The position numbers and the translations under genes are program-made. Below the pieces are notes generated by a model. That model had not been told where the DNA came from. It saw nothing but the letters and a program-made list of their open reading frames with translations, and searched no databases. Below are positions 21,189 through 32,778 of a stretch of 64,000 nucleotides of DNA, piece by piece (within the stretch, counting starts at the first letter, position 1; each line of letters begins with the position of its first letter). The DNA is taken from positions 26,900 through 90,899 of the forward strand of contig JAJZQY010000002.1 of the NCBI GenBank assembly GCA_021806605.1. The letters are read 5' to 3'. This DNA comes from Pseudomonadota bacterium. Lineage in GTDB: Bacteria > Pseudomonadota > Gammaproteobacteria > Burkholderiales > JABEVD01.

Positions 21189-21355
21189 ATTATGATCACG
21201 CCGGAGGGGCGAAGTAATGAGCGTTTCGCTTAATCTGGGCACGGAAAAATGGAAGAGGCGGCATCGGTGTTTGTCCTATGCGCGTGGGCTTTCGCTCAAG
21301 CCCTTCACTCGGTATCATTGCAGGTTTGCATAAGATGATGCTTCGAGGAGCGCCG

Positions 21356-24043
21356 ATGGGACACAATCTTTATAATTCACTCAGACAATTCACCCTGGCG
21401 TCATCGGGAAAAACGGGAAGCTATTATTCCCTTTCAGCCCTGGAGGAAGCCGGACTCGGGAAGATCTCCCGCTTGCCCGTATCGATAAGGATCGTGCTCG
21501 AATCCGTCTTGCGCAATTACGATGGCAAAAGGATATCCGAAGCCCATGTGAAACAACTGGCCGGCTGGAAGCCTAACGATGCAAGGACCGAAGAGATCCC
21601 TTTCGTCGTCTCGCGCATCGTGCTTCAGGATTTCACCGGCGTGCCGCTCCTTGCCGATCTTGCTGCGATGCGAAGTGCCGCACGGCAGCTGGGCAAGGAT
21701 CCGGGGATCATCGAACCGCTCGTGCCAGTCGACCTGGTCGTGGACCATTCCATCCAGGTAGATCATTACCGCTCCCGGGATGCGCTTGAGCTCAACATGG
21801 CCCTGGAGTTTTCCCGCAACGGGGAGCGCTACCAGTTCCTCAAATGGGGGATGCAGGCATTCGATACCTTCAAGGTCGTTCCGCCCGGCATAGGGATCGT
21901 TCACCAGGTCAACCTGGAATATCTGGCGCGCGGCGTACTCTCTCAGGAGAATGTCTATTTCCCCGATACGCTGGTCGGAACGGATTCCCATACCACTATG
22001 ATCAACGGCATCGGCGTCGTGGGCTGGGGCGTGGGCGGAATCGAGGCCGAGGCCGGGATGCTCGGGCAGCCCGTCTATTTTTTGACGCCCGACGTGATCG
22101 GGGTGAATCTGACTGGAAAGCTGCGTGCCGGGGTGACCGCGACCGATCTCGTGCTCAACATCACGGAAAAGCTGAGGGGCGCCAAAGTAGTCGGCAAATT
22201 CGTCGAATTCTTCGGCGAGGGGGCGGTATCCCTTTCCGTGCCTGATCGCGCGACCATCGCCAACATGGCTCCGGAATACGGCGCTACGATGGGCTTCTTT
22301 CCTGTCGACGACGCGACATGCAGCTATTTCAGGGCAACGGGGCGCACACCTGACGAAATCGATGCGCTGAAATCCTATTACATTGCCCAGGACCTGTTCG
22401 GCATTCCGCTTGCCGGAGAATGCGACTACACCCGGGTCATCGAAATAGACCTGGGTGCGATCTCTCCGAGCGTGGCGGGGCCGAAGCGCCCCCAGGACAG
22501 AATAGATCTTTCCGGACTCGGAAAGGCTTTTTCCGCTCTCATCGAAAAACCGCAGGCGGAAGGCGGCTACGGCAAGTCTGGCGGTGCGCTTGGGATGCGT
22601 TATCCTGTCGAAGGCGGGGGCAGCATCGGCAACGGCGATGTGCTGATCGCTGCGATCACTTCCTGCACCAACACCTCCAATCCCGGCGTTCTGCTTGCCG
22701 CGGGCTTGCTTGCCAGGAAGGCGGTCGAAAAGGGACTCAGAGTCGATCCCAGGATCAAGACTTCGCTCGCTCCCGGCTCCCGCGTCGTGACCCGCTATCT
22801 CGAAAATGCAGGGCTGCAATCCTATCTCGATAAGCTTGGCTTCAGCCTGGTCGGCTATGGCTGTACGACCTGCATCGGCAATTCCGGGCCGCTCGAAGCG
22901 CATATCGAGGATGCGATCGTCAAAAACGATGTCGTCGCCGCAGCCGTGCTTTCCGGAAACAGGAATTTCGAGGCCAGGATCCATCAGAACATCAAGGCAA
23001 ATTTCCTGATGAGCCCGCCTCTGGTGGTCGCTTTCGCCATTGCCGGCACCGTGAACATCGATCCCGAGCACGATCCGCTCGGGCTCGACGGGGAGAACCG
23101 CCCGGTCTACCTCAAGGATATCTGGCCTTCTGGCGACGAGATCGCCGCTGCCATGGCTTTTGCGACAGATCCTGCAATCTATCGCGAACTCTATGCCGAT
23201 TTCACCAAAGACAATCCCCTCTGGGAAAAGGTCGCCTCTTCACGCGGGGCAGTCTACGAATGGGACAGGGATTCGACCTACATTCAGGAGCCGCCCTTCT
23301 TCAAGGAGCAGCAGATTCATGTCGGGGACGTCCTCGGCGCGCGCGCGCTGGGCATCTTCGGCGACTCCGTCACGACGGACCATATCAGCCCTGCAGGCGG
23401 CATCAAGGCATCTTCGCCGGCAGGAAAATATCTGACGGATCACCATGTCGGCATCGACGATTTCAACAGCTATGGTTCCCGACGCGGCAACCACGAAGTC
23501 ATGATGCGCGGCACCTTCGCCAACGTCAGGATAAGGAACCTGATGGTTCCGGGATCAGAGGGCGGTGTCACCCTCTGCCACGGAGAAACCGCAAGCATCT
23601 ATGATGCGGCAATGCGTTATGTTGCGGAGGGCATTCCCACCCTGATATTCGCAGGGGAAGAATACGGAACCGGCTCGTCCCGCGACTGGGCCGCGAAGGG
23701 AACCAGACTGCTCGGCGTCAAGGCCGTGATCGCTTCGAGCTTCGAGCGCATCCATCGCAGCAATCTGGTGGGAATGGGAGTTCTGCCCTGCCAGTTCAAG
23801 GGAGGAATGACGGCTCAGAGCCTGAGGCTCGATGGCAGCGAAACCTTCGATGTTCTGGTGGGAAGGGATATTGCGCCGCAGCAGGACGTTGTCCTGGTGA
23901 TCCATCGCAAGGATGGCAGTGTCGAGCAGGTGCCGCTGCTGCTCAGGATAGACACCCCGATCGAAGTAGAATACTACCGTCAGGGGGGTATTCTGCCCTA
24001 TGTGTTGAACAGGTTGACGGCTTCCCAGCCTGGAAAGGCTTAG
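21356..24043 (+). CDS. acnA: Aconitate hydratase A
   Basis: [54 protein letters not shown]; RBS GAGGAG. Confidence 0.96.
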   Translation: MGHNLYNSLRQFTLASSGKTGSYYSLSALEEAGLGKISRLPVSIRIVLESVLRNYDGKRISEAHVKQLAGWKPNDARTEEIPFVVSRIVLQDFTGVPLLADLAAMRSAARQLGKDPGIIEPLVPVDLVVDHSIQVDHYRSRDALELNMALEFSRNGERYQFLKWGMQAFDTFKVVPPGIGIVHQVNLEYLARGVLSQENVYFPDTLVGTDSHTTMINGIGVVGWGVGGIEAEAGMLGQPVYFLTPDVIGVNLTGKLRAGVTATDLVLNITEKLRGAKVVGKFVEFFGEGAVSLSVPDRATIANMAPEYGATMGFFPVDDATCSYFRATGRTPDEIDALKSYYIAQDLFGIPLAGECDYTRVIEIDLGAISPSVAGPKRPQDRIDLSGLGKAFSALIEKPQAEGGYGKSGGALGMRYPVEGGGSIGNGDVLIAAITSCTNTSNPGVLLAAGLLARKAVEKGLRVDPRIKTSLAPGSRVVTRYLENAGLQSYLDKLGFSLVGYGCTTCIGNSGPLEAHIEDAIVKNDVVAAAVLSGNRNFEARIHQNIKANFLMSPPLVVAFAIAGTVNIDPEHDPLGLDGENRPVYLKDIWPSGDEIAAAMAFATDPAIYRELYADFTKDNPLWEKVASSRGAVYEWDRDSTYIQEPPFFKEQQIHVGDVLGARALGIFGDSVTTDHISPAGGIKASSPAGKYLTDHHVGIDDFNSYGSRRGNHEVMMRGTFANVRIRNLMVPGSEGGVTLCHGETASIYDAAMRYVAEGIPTLIFAGEEYGTGSSRDWAAKGTRLLGVKAVIASSFERIHRSNLVGMGVLPCQFKGGMTAQSLRLDGSETFDVLVGRDIAPQQDVVLVIHRKDGSVEQVPLLLRIDTPIEVEYYRQGGILPYVLNRLTASQPGKA

Positions 24044-24073
24044 CAGCCTGCAAGAGCTTGGCAGCCAGCAAGG

Positions 24074-24844
24074 TTAGGTCCGGATCTCCAGGCCGAAGAG
24101 CCTGGAGAAGTTCTGCGTTGTGGCTAGGGCCACCTCCTCGAAGGAAGTGGCTTTCAGCAAGGCGATTTCTTCTGCGACATGCTTCACGTAGGCGGGCTGA
24201 TTGGTCTTTCCCCTGTAGGGAACAGGCGCAAGGTAGGGCGAATCGGTCTCGACCAGCATCCTGTCCAGGGGTACCCGCTTCGCGACTTCCTTCAGTTCCA
24301 GCGCCTTCTTGAAGGTGACGATGCCTGAAAACGAGATATAAAAATTCATTTCCATCGCCGCCTGTGCGACTTCCCATATTTCGGTGAAGCAGTGCATGAT
24401 CCCGCCGACTTCCGCAGCCCCTTCTTCCCGCATGATGCGCAAGGTGTCGGCTGCGGCTTCCCGGGTGTGCACGATGATGGGCTTGCCTGTTTCTTTGGCT
24501 GCGCGGATGTGGTTGCGGAACCGCTCCCTTTGCCATTCGAGATCGCCTTCCAGCCTGAAATAATCCAGCCCCGTTTCGCCAATGGCGATCACCCTGGGGT
24601 GATGCGCAAGATTCAGGATGGCTTCGACCGAGGGCTCCGCCACTTCGTAATCCGGATGGACGCCGACCGATGCATAAACTTCAGGATGGGCTTCGGCGAT
24701 TTTCACGATGCCGGGGAAATCCTCGAGATTCACCCCGACGCACAGGGCCGCAACTACCCCGTTTTCCTTCATTGCACCAAGCACAGAGTCCAGGTTTTCG
24801 GAAAATTCCGGAAAATTGATATGGCAATGCGAATCGACCAGCAT
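24074..24844 (-). CDS. TatD-family DNase (YcfH)
   Basis: DSHCH, GVHP, IGETGLDY, HCF, ETDSPYLAP. Confidence 0.92.
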   Translation of the reverse strand: MLVDSHCHINFPEFSENLDSVLGAMKENGVVAALCVGVNLEDFPGIVKIAEAHPEVYASVGVHPDYEVAEPSVEAILNLAHHPRVIAIGETGLDYFRLEGDLEWQRERFRNHIRAAKETGKPIIVHTREAAADTLRIMREEGAAEVGGIMHCFTEIWEVAQAAMEMNFYISFSGIVTFKKALELKEVAKRVPLDRMLVETDSPYLAPVPYRGKTNQPAYVKHVAEEIALLKATSFEEVALATTQNFSRLFGLEIRT

Positions 24845-24846
24845 GG

Positions 24847-25185
24847 TTACATCGTATGAGTGGGCCGGGTGGATTTGGACATCCCGGCGAGGATCTTTTC
24901 AATTTTCGATCGCACCAGATTGCCGTTCTCGTCGTCTCCGAACCGGATGCCTATTCCTTGGACGCGGCTGCCCATTGCATTGGGCGGGGTGATCCAGGCC
25001 ACTTTCCCGGATACGGGAAGCTTTGCGGCCTCTTCCGGTAGTCCGAGCAGCATGTACACTTCGTCGCTCAGCCGGTAAGGCTTATCGGTCGGAATGAACA
25101 ACCCTCCTCCCTGGATATGGGGCATGTAGGCCGAATACAGGGCATTTTTGTCCTTGATGGCGAAGGAGAAAACATTCGGTTTCAT
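24847..25185 (-). CDS. pilZ: Type IV pilus assembly protein PilZ
   Basis: ALYSAYMP...GGLFIPT, GKVAWITP, GIGIRF, PTHTM; holB-pilZ-tatD synteny. Confidence 0.9.
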   Translation of the reverse strand: MKPNVFSFAIKDKNALYSAYMPHIQGGGLFIPTDKPYRLSDEVYMLLGLPEEAAKLPVSGKVAWITPPNAMGSRVQGIGIRFGDDENGNLVRSKIEKILAGMSKSTRPTHTM

Positions 25186-26156
25186 TGCGAATCCATCAGC
25201 GCTCGATAAGTCAACATCATTTCCTCGATGAACAGTCTGGCATTGACCGGGTGGGTGGACATCCTTTGCGCTTCGCACAATTTCCGCTGGAATCGCGCCA
25301 GTCCGATTCTATCCATCCTGGTGGAGACAGTCCTGATTCTATCCGAAAAATCCGGAAAGTAGCGTATTTTTCCGGAAAAGGCGAAGCTTGAGAGGTCATG
25401 GCACCACTTCTGCAGCCAGCGCAATATCAGGGACAGCTCCGTTTTATGGAAGGTCTCTGCGACCGAGATCGGATCGAGCGACGAGGATCCGATCTCGTCC
25501 AGAAACCTGTTTTTCAGGGAGGAATCTTCGCTCGCCAATTGGAGCGCTGCGAGCGGAGCATGGCCCGCTTCTGCAAGGAAGGAGGCGGGGTTGGTTATGC
25601 CGTTTTCGCGAAGCCACGCCTCTCCTTCGGCAGGTTTTGGAAATGGCATCGCCAGTGCATGGCAACGGCTCACCATGGTCGGCAAAAGCTGGTTTGGCCG
25701 GGAAGTCACCAGAATGAAAAGCGTTTTTCCAGGAGGTTCTTCCAGCGTTTTGAGCAGCGCGTTGGCAGCCGGCAGATTCATCGCATCCGCTGGATGAATC
25801 AGGATGATGCGGTAGCCGTTGCGATGCGTCGTCATGTTCGTGAACGCCGAAAGGGAACGGATCAGATCGATGGTGATCCGGCTCGATTTCTTGCCGGAAT
25901 CGGAAGTATCGATTTCCGGTTCGATTTTCCTGAAGTCAGGGTGCAGTCCGTTGGCGAACCACGAACAGGCCTGGCATGCATCGCAGGCTTCACCGCTTTC
26001 ATGAGGCGATTCGCACAACAGGGACTGGGCAAGACGATTGGCAAAATCCAGCTTGCCTGTGCCGTCCCTTCCCTTCAGGATAAGCGCGTGCGGCAGAGTT
26101 TCCCTGCTCCGAAGCAGCTTTTCCATGAGCTTTTTATGCCATGGATAATTTTTCAT
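25182..26156 (-). CDS. holB: DNA polymerase III delta' subunit
   Basis: YPWH, PHALIL, CDACQAC...[19 protein letters not shown]. Confidence 0.93.
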   Translation of the reverse strand: MKNYPWHKKLMEKLLRSRETLPHALILKGRDGTGKLDFANRLAQSLLCESPHESGEACDACQACSWFANGLHPDFRKIEPEIDTSDSGKKSSRITIDLIRSLSAFTNMTTHRNGYRIILIHPADAMNLPAANALLKTLEEPPGKTLFILVTSRPNQLLPTMVSRCHALAMPFPKPAEGEAWLRENGITNPASFLAEAGHAPLAALQLASEDSSLKNRFLDEIGSSSLDPISVAETFHKTELSLILRWLQKWCHDLSSFAFSGKIRYFPDFSDRIRTVSTRMDRIGLARFQRKLCEAQRMSTHPVNARLFIEEMMLTYRALMDSQ

Positions 26157-26767
26157 AAACATAATGTTGCGATAACTTCTTCAAGTCTTTCGCCAATTTC
26201 TTCTGGAGGGGCCCCGGAATCGATCACGACGAATCGCTCGGGAAAGCGCGCCGCCCGGTCGAGATAGGCATCCCTAACCCTGCCGAAGAAAGCGTCCCTT
26301 TCATGCTCGAAACGGTCTAGGGAGGCATTTTTCATCAGTCTTTTTCGGGCAACTTCGACAGGCACGTCGAAGAGCAGGGTGAGATCCGGCCGGAATGTCC
26401 CCTGAACCCACTGCTCCAGCATGGCGAGTTTCCCGTAATCGAGTCCCCTTCCCCCCCCTTGGTAAGCGAAGCTCGCGTCGGTGAAGCGGTCCGAAATCAC
26501 CCAGGTTCCCGCTTCCAGCGCGGGCCTGATGACGCTGGAAAGATGCTCGGCGCGGGAAGCGAACATCAGGAGGGCTTCTGTTTCCGGATGCATATCCTGG
26601 TGCAGCAGGATGTCCCGCAGCTTTTCACCCAGGGGCGTTCCGCCGGGTTCTCGCGTCACCAGATAGCCGATGCCGAGGCTGTCAAGGGCGGCTTCGATCC
26701 GGCTCATCTGGGTGCTCTTGCCCGCGCCGTCAATGCCTTCTAGGGTGATGAATCTGGCTTTTTTCAT
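26153..26767 (-). CDS. tmk: Thymidylate kinase
   Basis: [26 protein letters not shown]. Confidence 0.96.
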   Translation of the reverse strand: MKKARFITLEGIDGAGKSTQMSRIEAALDSLGIGYLVTREPGGTPLGEKLRDILLHQDMHPETEALLMFASRAEHLSSVIRPALEAGTWVISDRFTDASFAYQGGGRGLDYGKLAMLEQWVQGTFRPDLTLLFDVPVEVARKRLMKNASLDRFEHERDAFFGRVRDAYLDRAARFPERFVVIDSGAPPEEIGERLEEVIATLCL

Positions 26768-27729
26768 TTTTTCTGGTACCGGTTCACCGCGCGATTATGC
26801 TCGGCCAGGGAATGGGAAAAGTAGGAAGTGCCGTCTCCCCTGGCGACGAAATACAGCGCCGTGGAATCCGCGGGATGCAGCACCGCATCGATCGACTTCA
26901 ATCCCGGCATGGAGATCGGGGTCGGCGGCAGCCCGCCTCTGGTGTAGGTATTGTAAGGCTGATCGGCCAAGAGATCGCCTTTTCTCAAGTTGCCGTCGAA
27001 ATGCTCGCCAAGGCCGTAAATGACCGAGGGATCGGTTTGAAGCTTCATTCCGAGCTTCAGGCGGTTGATGAAAACGGCCGCGATCATCGGCCGTTCGGCA
27101 GCCTTGCCGGTTTCCTTCTCGACGATGGAGGCGAGCGTCAGCGCCTGATATGGATTGGAGAAAGGCAGACCCGCTGCCCGGCCCTGCCATTGCTTTTCAA
27201 GTCGCTTTTCCATCAGCACATAGGCTCTCCCAATTATGGAGAAATCGCTCTGCCCCTTCGCGAAATAATAGGTGTCCGGGAAAAACAGACCTTCCGGAGA
27301 GGAAATAGGCGACCCCAGCCTCGATAGAATTTCGGCGTCCGACAGTTTCGCGGAATCATGCCTGATGTCCGGGTTTTCGTCGAGCATCCGGCGAAACTCC
27401 CTGAAAGTGTCGCCTTCGACAAGCATGATCTTGCTCTGGGTGAAATCGCCTTCGGTGATCTTCTCCAGAAGCTGCAACGGGGAGGCCGGCGCATCCAGTT
27501 CGTAATTCCCTGCCTTGATGGAGGATGCCTTGCCCATTACCCGGGCGAGCATTTCGAAAGGCAGGGGATTGCCGATCACGCCGGCGTCGCTCATCTGCTT
27601 TGCGGCATGCCTGAGGCTTCCCTGCTCGAGCGTGAATGCCACCGGCGCACGGGGTATGGGATGGGGGTGAAACAGATAATAGGCGAGCGTAACAGCGCAG
27701 ATGATAAAAAAGGCCGATGCCTTTCTCAT
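26764..27729 (-). CDS. mltG: Endolytic transglycosylase MltG (YceG)
   Basis: [30 protein letters not shown]...GLPPTPI. Confidence 0.93.
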   Translation of the reverse strand: MRKASAFFIICAVTLAYYLFHPHPIPRAPVAFTLEQGSLRHAAKQMSDAGVIGNPLPFEMLARVMGKASSIKAGNYELDAPASPLQLLEKITEGDFTQSKIMLVEGDTFREFRRMLDENPDIRHDSAKLSDAEILSRLGSPISSPEGLFFPDTYYFAKGQSDFSIIGRAYVLMEKRLEKQWQGRAAGLPFSNPYQALTLASIVEKETGKAAERPMIAAVFINRLKLGMKLQTDPSVIYGLGEHFDGNLRKGDLLADQPYNTYTRGGLPPTPISMPGLKSIDAVLHPADSTALYFVARGDGTSYFSHSLAEHNRAVNRYQKK

Positions 27730-28517
27730 TGCAGCCAGTTCCTCAATGCTTCGCAGAATGCGCCCTTCTGCCAGGATGCATTTTCCAGCGAAACGATTTG
27801 CCACAGCCCGATCACGCTGTTGACCAGGAAGACTTCGTCTGCCTGTTTGAGGAAATCGATTCCGAATGGCTTGATCTCGACCGGAATGCCTTTTTCGCGA
27901 GCATATTCGAGCACGCGTTCCCGCTGGACGCCGCCCACCCCGCAAAAGGAAAGATCCGGCGCAACCAGACCCCTTTCCCGGTACAGGAAAAGGCTGCTCA
28001 TCGTGCCCTCGATGACGTTTCCTTCGGCATCGAGCAATATGCCTTCTGCAATATCAGGATCGCGCCATTCCATTCTGGCCAAGATGTTTTCGAGCCGGTT
28101 GAGATGCTTGATTCCGGCAAGGGCGGGTTGTCTTGACAGTCTGAGCTTGCAAAGGTACGCCCTGATTTCGTCATGTTTCACGCGATCAGGCATCGGACTC
28201 GTCAGGATGATGCGGGTGGGTTCGGCAGCAGCCTCGGGAAGAAATCCCCGCTCGCCGGGCCCGCGGGTGACGACGATTTTCGCCACGCAATCGGGCGTCT
28301 TTTCTGCAGCGAGATTCAGTTCATTTTCAAGAAGCGCAGCCGAAGGACAGGTTATGCCCAGAGCCGCGCAGTCACTGTTCAGCTTGAGGTAGTGGCGATC
28401 CCAATACCTGGGTACGCCGCGTTCGACGCGCAGGGTACGGAATACGCCGTCCCCGTACATCAAGCCGCGGTCGTTCGCTTTGACGGAATCGGTAAATATG
28501 CCATTTACCAGCACCAT
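27726..28517 (-). CDS. pabC: Aminodeoxychorismate lyase
   Basis: DRGLMYGDGVFRT, GIKHLNRLEN, EVFLVNS. Confidence 0.92.
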   Translation of the reverse strand: MVLVNGIFTDSVKANDRGLMYGDGVFRTLRVERGVPRYWDRHYLKLNSDCAALGITCPSAALLENELNLAAEKTPDCVAKIVVTRGPGERGFLPEAAAEPTRIILTSPMPDRVKHDEIRAYLCKLRLSRQPALAGIKHLNRLENILARMEWRDPDIAEGILLDAEGNVIEGTMSSLFLYRERGLVAPDLSFCGVGGVQRERVLEYAREKGIPVEIKPFGIDFLKQADEVFLVNSVIGLWQIVSLENASWQKGAFCEALRNWLQ

Positions 28518-28523
28518 TTCTGG

Positions 28524-29762
28524 CTAGAGTTTCTTGAAGACGATCGTTCCGTTGGTGCCGCCGAATCCGAACGAGTTAGAAATCGCCACATCGATGTTCA
28601 TCTGCCTCGCGACATTCGGAACGAAATCCAGATCGCACTGCGGATCCTGCTCGAATAGATTGATCGTCGGCGGCGCGACCTGGTGATGGACGCTCAGCGC
28701 CGAGAAAACCGCCTCGATGCCACCTGCGGCGCCGAGCAGATGGCCTGTCATGGATTTCGTCGAACTGACCGCAATTTTTCCGGCATGGTCACCGAAAAAG
28801 CGCTTGAGCGCGACCGTTTCGGCGATGTCCCCCAGGGGGGTGGAGGTGCCGTGCGCATTCACATAATCGACTTCATCTGGATTCAGTCCCGCATTCCTCA
28901 AGGCGTGCATCATGCAGCGCGCAGCGCCTTCGCCGTCTTCGCAAGGCGCCGTCATGTGGTAGGCGTCGGCGCTCATGCCGAAGCCTGACAATTCGGCGTA
29001 GATTTTCGCACCCCTAGTTTTGGCATGCTCGAACTCCTCCAACACGAGCACTCCCGCTCCTTCCCCGAGCACGAAGCCGTCTCGCCCGATGTCCCATGGG
29101 CGGGACGAGGTGGCGGGATCGTCGTTGCGCGTGCTGAGCGCCCTCGCCGCGCCGAATCCGCCTATCGCAAGCGGGCAGACCGTCGATTCTGAGCCGCCGG
29201 CCACCATCACGTCGGCATCCCCGTACTCGATCATCCTTGCCGAATTGCCGATACAGTGGGTTGCCGTGGTGCAGGCTGTCACCATGGCAAGATTCGGTCC
29301 CTTGAGTCCGTACATGATCGAGAAATTCCCGGAAATCATGTTAATGATGGTGCCAGGGATGAAAAACGGGGAGATCTTGCGCGATCCGCCTGCAAGATAA
29401 ACGTTGTGGGTTTCCTCGATAGACGGCAGGCCGCCGATTCCTGAACCGATGTTGACGCCGATCATTTCGGCATTTTTTTCAGTGACTTCCAGGCCAGAAT
29501 CCTTGAAGGCTTCCATGGCGGCGGCCATGCCGTAATGGATGAAGGTATCCATGCGGCGCGCTTCCTTGGCCGGAAGATAGGCGGTCACGTCGAATCCCTT
29601 GACTTCACCTGCGACCTGGGAAGAAAAGGAGGAGGCGTCGAATCGGGTGATTCGGGTGATGCCGGATTTGCCCGCGGTCACATTGGCCCAGGCTTCATCC
29701 ACGCCGATTCCGACAGGCGAGACGATTCCCAGGCCGGTGATCACTACTCTGCGTTTGGTCAA
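28524..29762 (-). CDS. fabF: 3-oxoacyl-ACP synthase II
   Basis: RRVVITGLG, TACTT, NAHGTST, GHLLGAAG, NSFGFGG. Confidence 0.96.
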   Translation of the reverse strand: MTKRRVVITGLGIVSPVGIGVDEAWANVTAGKSGITRITRFDASSFSSQVAGEVKGFDVTAYLPAKEARRMDTFIHYGMAAAMEAFKDSGLEVTEKNAEMIGVNIGSGIGGLPSIEETHNVYLAGGSRKISPFFIPGTIINMISGNFSIMYGLKGPNLAMVTACTTATHCIGNSARMIEYGDADVMVAGGSESTVCPLAIGGFGAARALSTRNDDPATSSRPWDIGRDGFVLGEGAGVLVLEEFEHAKTRGAKIYAELSGFGMSADAYHMTAPCEDGEGAARCMMHALRNAGLNPDEVDYVNAHGTSTPLGDIAETVALKRFFGDHAGKIAVSSTKSMTGHLLGAAGGIEAVFSALSVHHQVAPPTINLFEQDPQCDLDFVPNVARQMNIDVAISNSFGFGGTNGTIVFKKL

Positions 29763-29792
29763 CTTCTCTCCTCTGGAAAGGATTGAGGCGGA

Positions 29793-30029
29793 TCAGTTCT
29801 GATGCGCAACAACGTAATCGATCGCCTGTTGCACGGTGGTGATCTTCTCGGCTTCTTCGTCGGGAATTTCACATTCGAATTCTTCCTCAAGCGCCATGAC
29901 GAGTTCAACCGTATCGAGCGAATCGGCTCCGAGATCATCAACAAATGACGAGGCATTCTTGACCTCGGCCTCGCTCACGCCGAGCTGCTCGGCGACTATT
30001 TTCTTGACGCGCTGTTCGATGTTTTCCAT
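29793..30029 (-). CDS. acpP: Acyl carrier protein
   Basis: [20 protein letters not shown]. Confidence 0.97.
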   Translation of the reverse strand: MENIEQRVKKIVAEQLGVSEAEVKNASSFVDDLGADSLDTVELVMALEEEFECEIPDEEAEKITTVQQAIDYVVAHQN

Positions 30030-30114
30030 TGTTGCCTCTAGCCTTTTATGTTGATTTACAAAAAAACGAACTATTTTACCAAATTTGGCACCAATGCAAA
30101 ATGCATGGGCAATT

Positions 30115-30855
30115 TTATTCCATGTAAAGTCCGCCGTTGACATGCAGGGTGCTGCCTGTAATGTAGCCTGCGGCAGGCGATGCGAGGAATGTCACGGCTG
30201 CCGCGACGTCTTCGGCCTGCCCAAGGCGGCCCAGCGGCACATGCTGGATCAGGGAGTCGCGCTGTGCATCCGACAGGGCGCGCGTCATGTCGGTATCGAT
30301 GAATCCGGGCGCGATGCTGTTGACGGTTACGTTTCGGCTTCCGACTTCGCGCGCCAGCGATTTGCTGAAGCCGAAAATCCCGGCCTTCGCCGCAGCGTAG
30401 TTGGCTTGCCCGGCATTGCCCATGGCGCCGACAACCGAAGAAATGTTGATGATCCTGCCGTATCTGGCTTTCACCATGGCGCGCAAAACCGCACGGCTCA
30501 TCCTGAATATGGATTTCAGGTTGGTCGACATGATGTCGTCCCATTCGGCATCCGTCATGCGCATGACCAGATTGTCGCGGGTGATTCCGGCATTGTTGAC
30601 GAGAATGGCGATTTCCCCGAATTCGCTCCTGATCATGGCGAGCGCAGCCTCGATCGCGGCAGCGTCGTTGACTTCAAGTACGAGCCCCCTGCCGGATACG
30701 CCAGCTTCTCCAAGGTAATGCGTGATGGACTGTGCTCCGGATTCGCTGGTCGCAGTCCCGATCACGGTCGCGCCATGCTTTCCCAGATCCAGGGCGATCG
30801 CCCTGCCTATTCCGCGGCTTGCGCCAGTGACGAGCGCAATCTGTCCCTTCAGCAT
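30115..30855 (-). CDS. fabG: 3-oxoacyl-ACP reductase
   Basis: [30 protein letters not shown]. Confidence 0.96.
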   Translation of the reverse strand: MLKGQIALVTGASRGIGRAIALDLGKHGATVIGTATSESGAQSITHYLGEAGVSGRGLVLEVNDAAAIEAALAMIRSEFGEIAILVNNAGITRDNLVMRMTDAEWDDIMSTNLKSIFRMSRAVLRAMVKARYGRIINISSVVGAMGNAGQANYAAAKAGIFGFSKSLAREVGSRNVTVNSIAPGFIDTDMTRALSDAQRDSLIQHVPLGRLGQAEDVAAAVTFLASPAAGYITGSTLHVNGGLYME

Positions 30856-31793
30856 GCTTCCTCCCTGTTCAATGTATCGGCTGCGTCCCTGAGTGCCGTG
30901 CTGTCCGTCAATGCCAGAATGATTTGAGCCGGTTCGATGCGCTTGTTGAGCCCGGCCAGGACCTTTCCGGGGCCGCACTCGGCGGCTTGTCCGATGCCTT
31001 CTCCGAAGATTGCGCGAATGGTTTCGACCCACCTGACCGGATGATCCAGCTGATTTACCAGCGCGGCCCTGATCGCTTCGGGTTCGGCATGGGGTTTCAC
31101 GTCGACATTGTGCAGCACGGAAATCTCCGGTCGGCCGATGCGCACATCTTTCAGATAGTCATGTAGGGCCTCGGCCGCTGGCTTCATCAGGGAGCAGTGG
31201 GATGGCACGCTCATGGGAAGCATGATGGCCCGCTTCGCTCCCTTCTCCTTCGCAGCTTCCATGCCCCGCAATACCGCATCGCGATGACCGGCTATCACCA
31301 CCTGGCCAGGAGAATTGAAGTTGACCGCTTCCAGCACTTCGCCCTGCGCCGCGGAGAGGCACACTTCCTTTACGGCGTCATCTTCGAGCCCGAGCACTGC
31401 TGCGATGCCCCCCGTGCCTTCCGGCACGGCCTCCTGCATGCTCTGGGCGCGAAAGCGCACGAGCGGCAATGCGTCCTCGAAGGCAATGGCATTCGATGCG
31501 ACGAGCGCGGAATATTCTCCCAGGCTATGGCCTGCGAGGATCGCGGGGCGCGAAGCCGAGAGCTGCTTCCAGGCCCGGTAGATCGCAACGCCTGCAGCGA
31601 GCATCAGGGGCTGGGTGTTGACGGTTTGATTGAGCGCTTCCGCAGGCCCTTCGCTGGCCAGCTTCCATAAATCCTGATGGAGTATGTCGGACGCTTGCCC
31701 GAAGGTTTCGCGCACGATCGGAAAATCGGCGAATCCGCCCATCATGCCGACGGACTGGGAGCCTTGGCCCGGAAAAACAAATGCGTATTTCAT
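30849..31793 (-). CDS. fabD: Malonyl CoA-ACP transacylase
   Basis: FPGQGSQ, GHSLGEY, SVPSHC. Confidence 0.96.
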   Translation of the reverse strand: MKYAFVFPGQGSQSVGMMGGFADFPIVRETFGQASDILHQDLWKLASEGPAEALNQTVNTQPLMLAAGVAIYRAWKQLSASRPAILAGHSLGEYSALVASNAIAFEDALPLVRFRAQSMQEAVPEGTGGIAAVLGLEDDAVKEVCLSAAQGEVLEAVNFNSPGQVVIAGHRDAVLRGMEAAKEKGAKRAIMLPMSVPSHCSLMKPAAEALHDYLKDVRIGRPEISVLHNVDVKPHAEPEAIRAALVNQLDHPVRWVETIRAIFGEGIGQAAECGPGKVLAGLNKRIEPAQIILALTDSTALRDAADTLNREEAC

Positions 31794-31818
31794 CTGGAAA
31801 GATAGGTTATTGAGAAAA

Positions 31819-32778
31819 TCACCATTTCAGGAGCAGCGAGCCCCATGTAATGCCGCCCCCCACGCCTTCCATGAGCAGGGTTTCCCCTTCCCTGAAGCGC
31901 CCTTCCCGCGCCGCCTGATCCAGCGCGAGCGGAATGGATGCGGCTGAAGTGTTGCCGTGCCTGTCCACCGTCACGACCACCCTGTCCATGTCCATGGATA
32001 GCTTTTTGGCGGTTGCTTCGATGATCCTGATATTGGCCTGGTGAGGAACCAGCCAGTCGACATCGGAAGGCGACATCCGGTTGGCCTGGATGGCTTCACT
32101 GGCGACCTGCTCGAGGACATTGACGGCGATCTTGAATACGGCATTGCCGTTCATGGACACGAAGGGAGAGCCCTGTATTGTTCCGTTACAAACCCTTCCC
32201 GGTGCCGCAAGAATGGGATTGTAGCTGCCGTCGGCATGAAGATGGGAGGATAGAATGCCGGGGGTCTCGCCGCACTTCAGTACGACTGCCCCTGCCCCGT
32301 CCCCGAAAAGCACGCAGGTCGAGCGGTCCGTCCAGTCGATGATTCTGGACAGCACTTCTGTTCCGACGACGAGCGCATGCCGATATTTTCCGGACTTCAG
32401 GTAGCAGTCAGCGGTGGCAAGCGCGTAGATGAAACCGGTACAGACGGCCTGGACATCGAAGGCGGGGCAATTGTTCCCTATGCCGAGCTTGGACTGGAGT
32501 ATCGTCGCCGTGCTCGGAAAGAGCATGTCAGGGGTGGTTGTCGCAACGATCACGAGATCGATCTCGTCAGCAGCAATGCCGGCAGACTCCATCGCCCTGC
32601 GGCTTGCATGGGCCGCGAGGTCGCTCGCCAGTTCGTTTTCCCCTGCGATATGCCGCTCGTTGATGCCGGTCCTGGAGAAAATCCAGTCGTGGGACGTATC
32701 GACCATCTTTTCGAGGTCGTGATTCGAGAGAATTTTCTCGGGAAGGTAGCTGCCGGTACCGATAATTCTGGAATACAT
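31819..32778 (-). CDS. fabH: 3-oxoacyl-ACP synthase III
   Basis: [29 protein letters not shown]. Confidence 0.96.
   Translation of the reverse strand: MYSRIIGTGSYLPEKILSNHDLEKMVDTSHDWIFSRTGINERHIAGENELASDLAAHASRRAMESAGIAADEIDLVIVATTTPDMLFPSTATILQSKLGIGNNCPAFDVQAVCTGFIYALATADCYLKSGKYRHALVVGTEVLSRIIDWTDRSTCVLFGDGAGAVVLKCGETPGILSSHLHADGSYNPILAAPGRVCNGTIQGSPFVSMNGNAVFKIAVNVLEQVASEAIQANRMSPSDVDWLVPHQANIRIIEATAKKLSMDMDRVVVTVDRHGNTSAASIPLALDQAAREGRFREGETLLMEGVGGGITWGSLLLKW

Noticed and set aside
21434-23071. 545-aa minus-strand ORF, and similar long antisense ORFs at 2454-3644, 3988-5235, 11220-12221, 37637-38653 and 45740-46765
   Set aside because: They lie opposite well-supported genes and show no recognisable protein signatures
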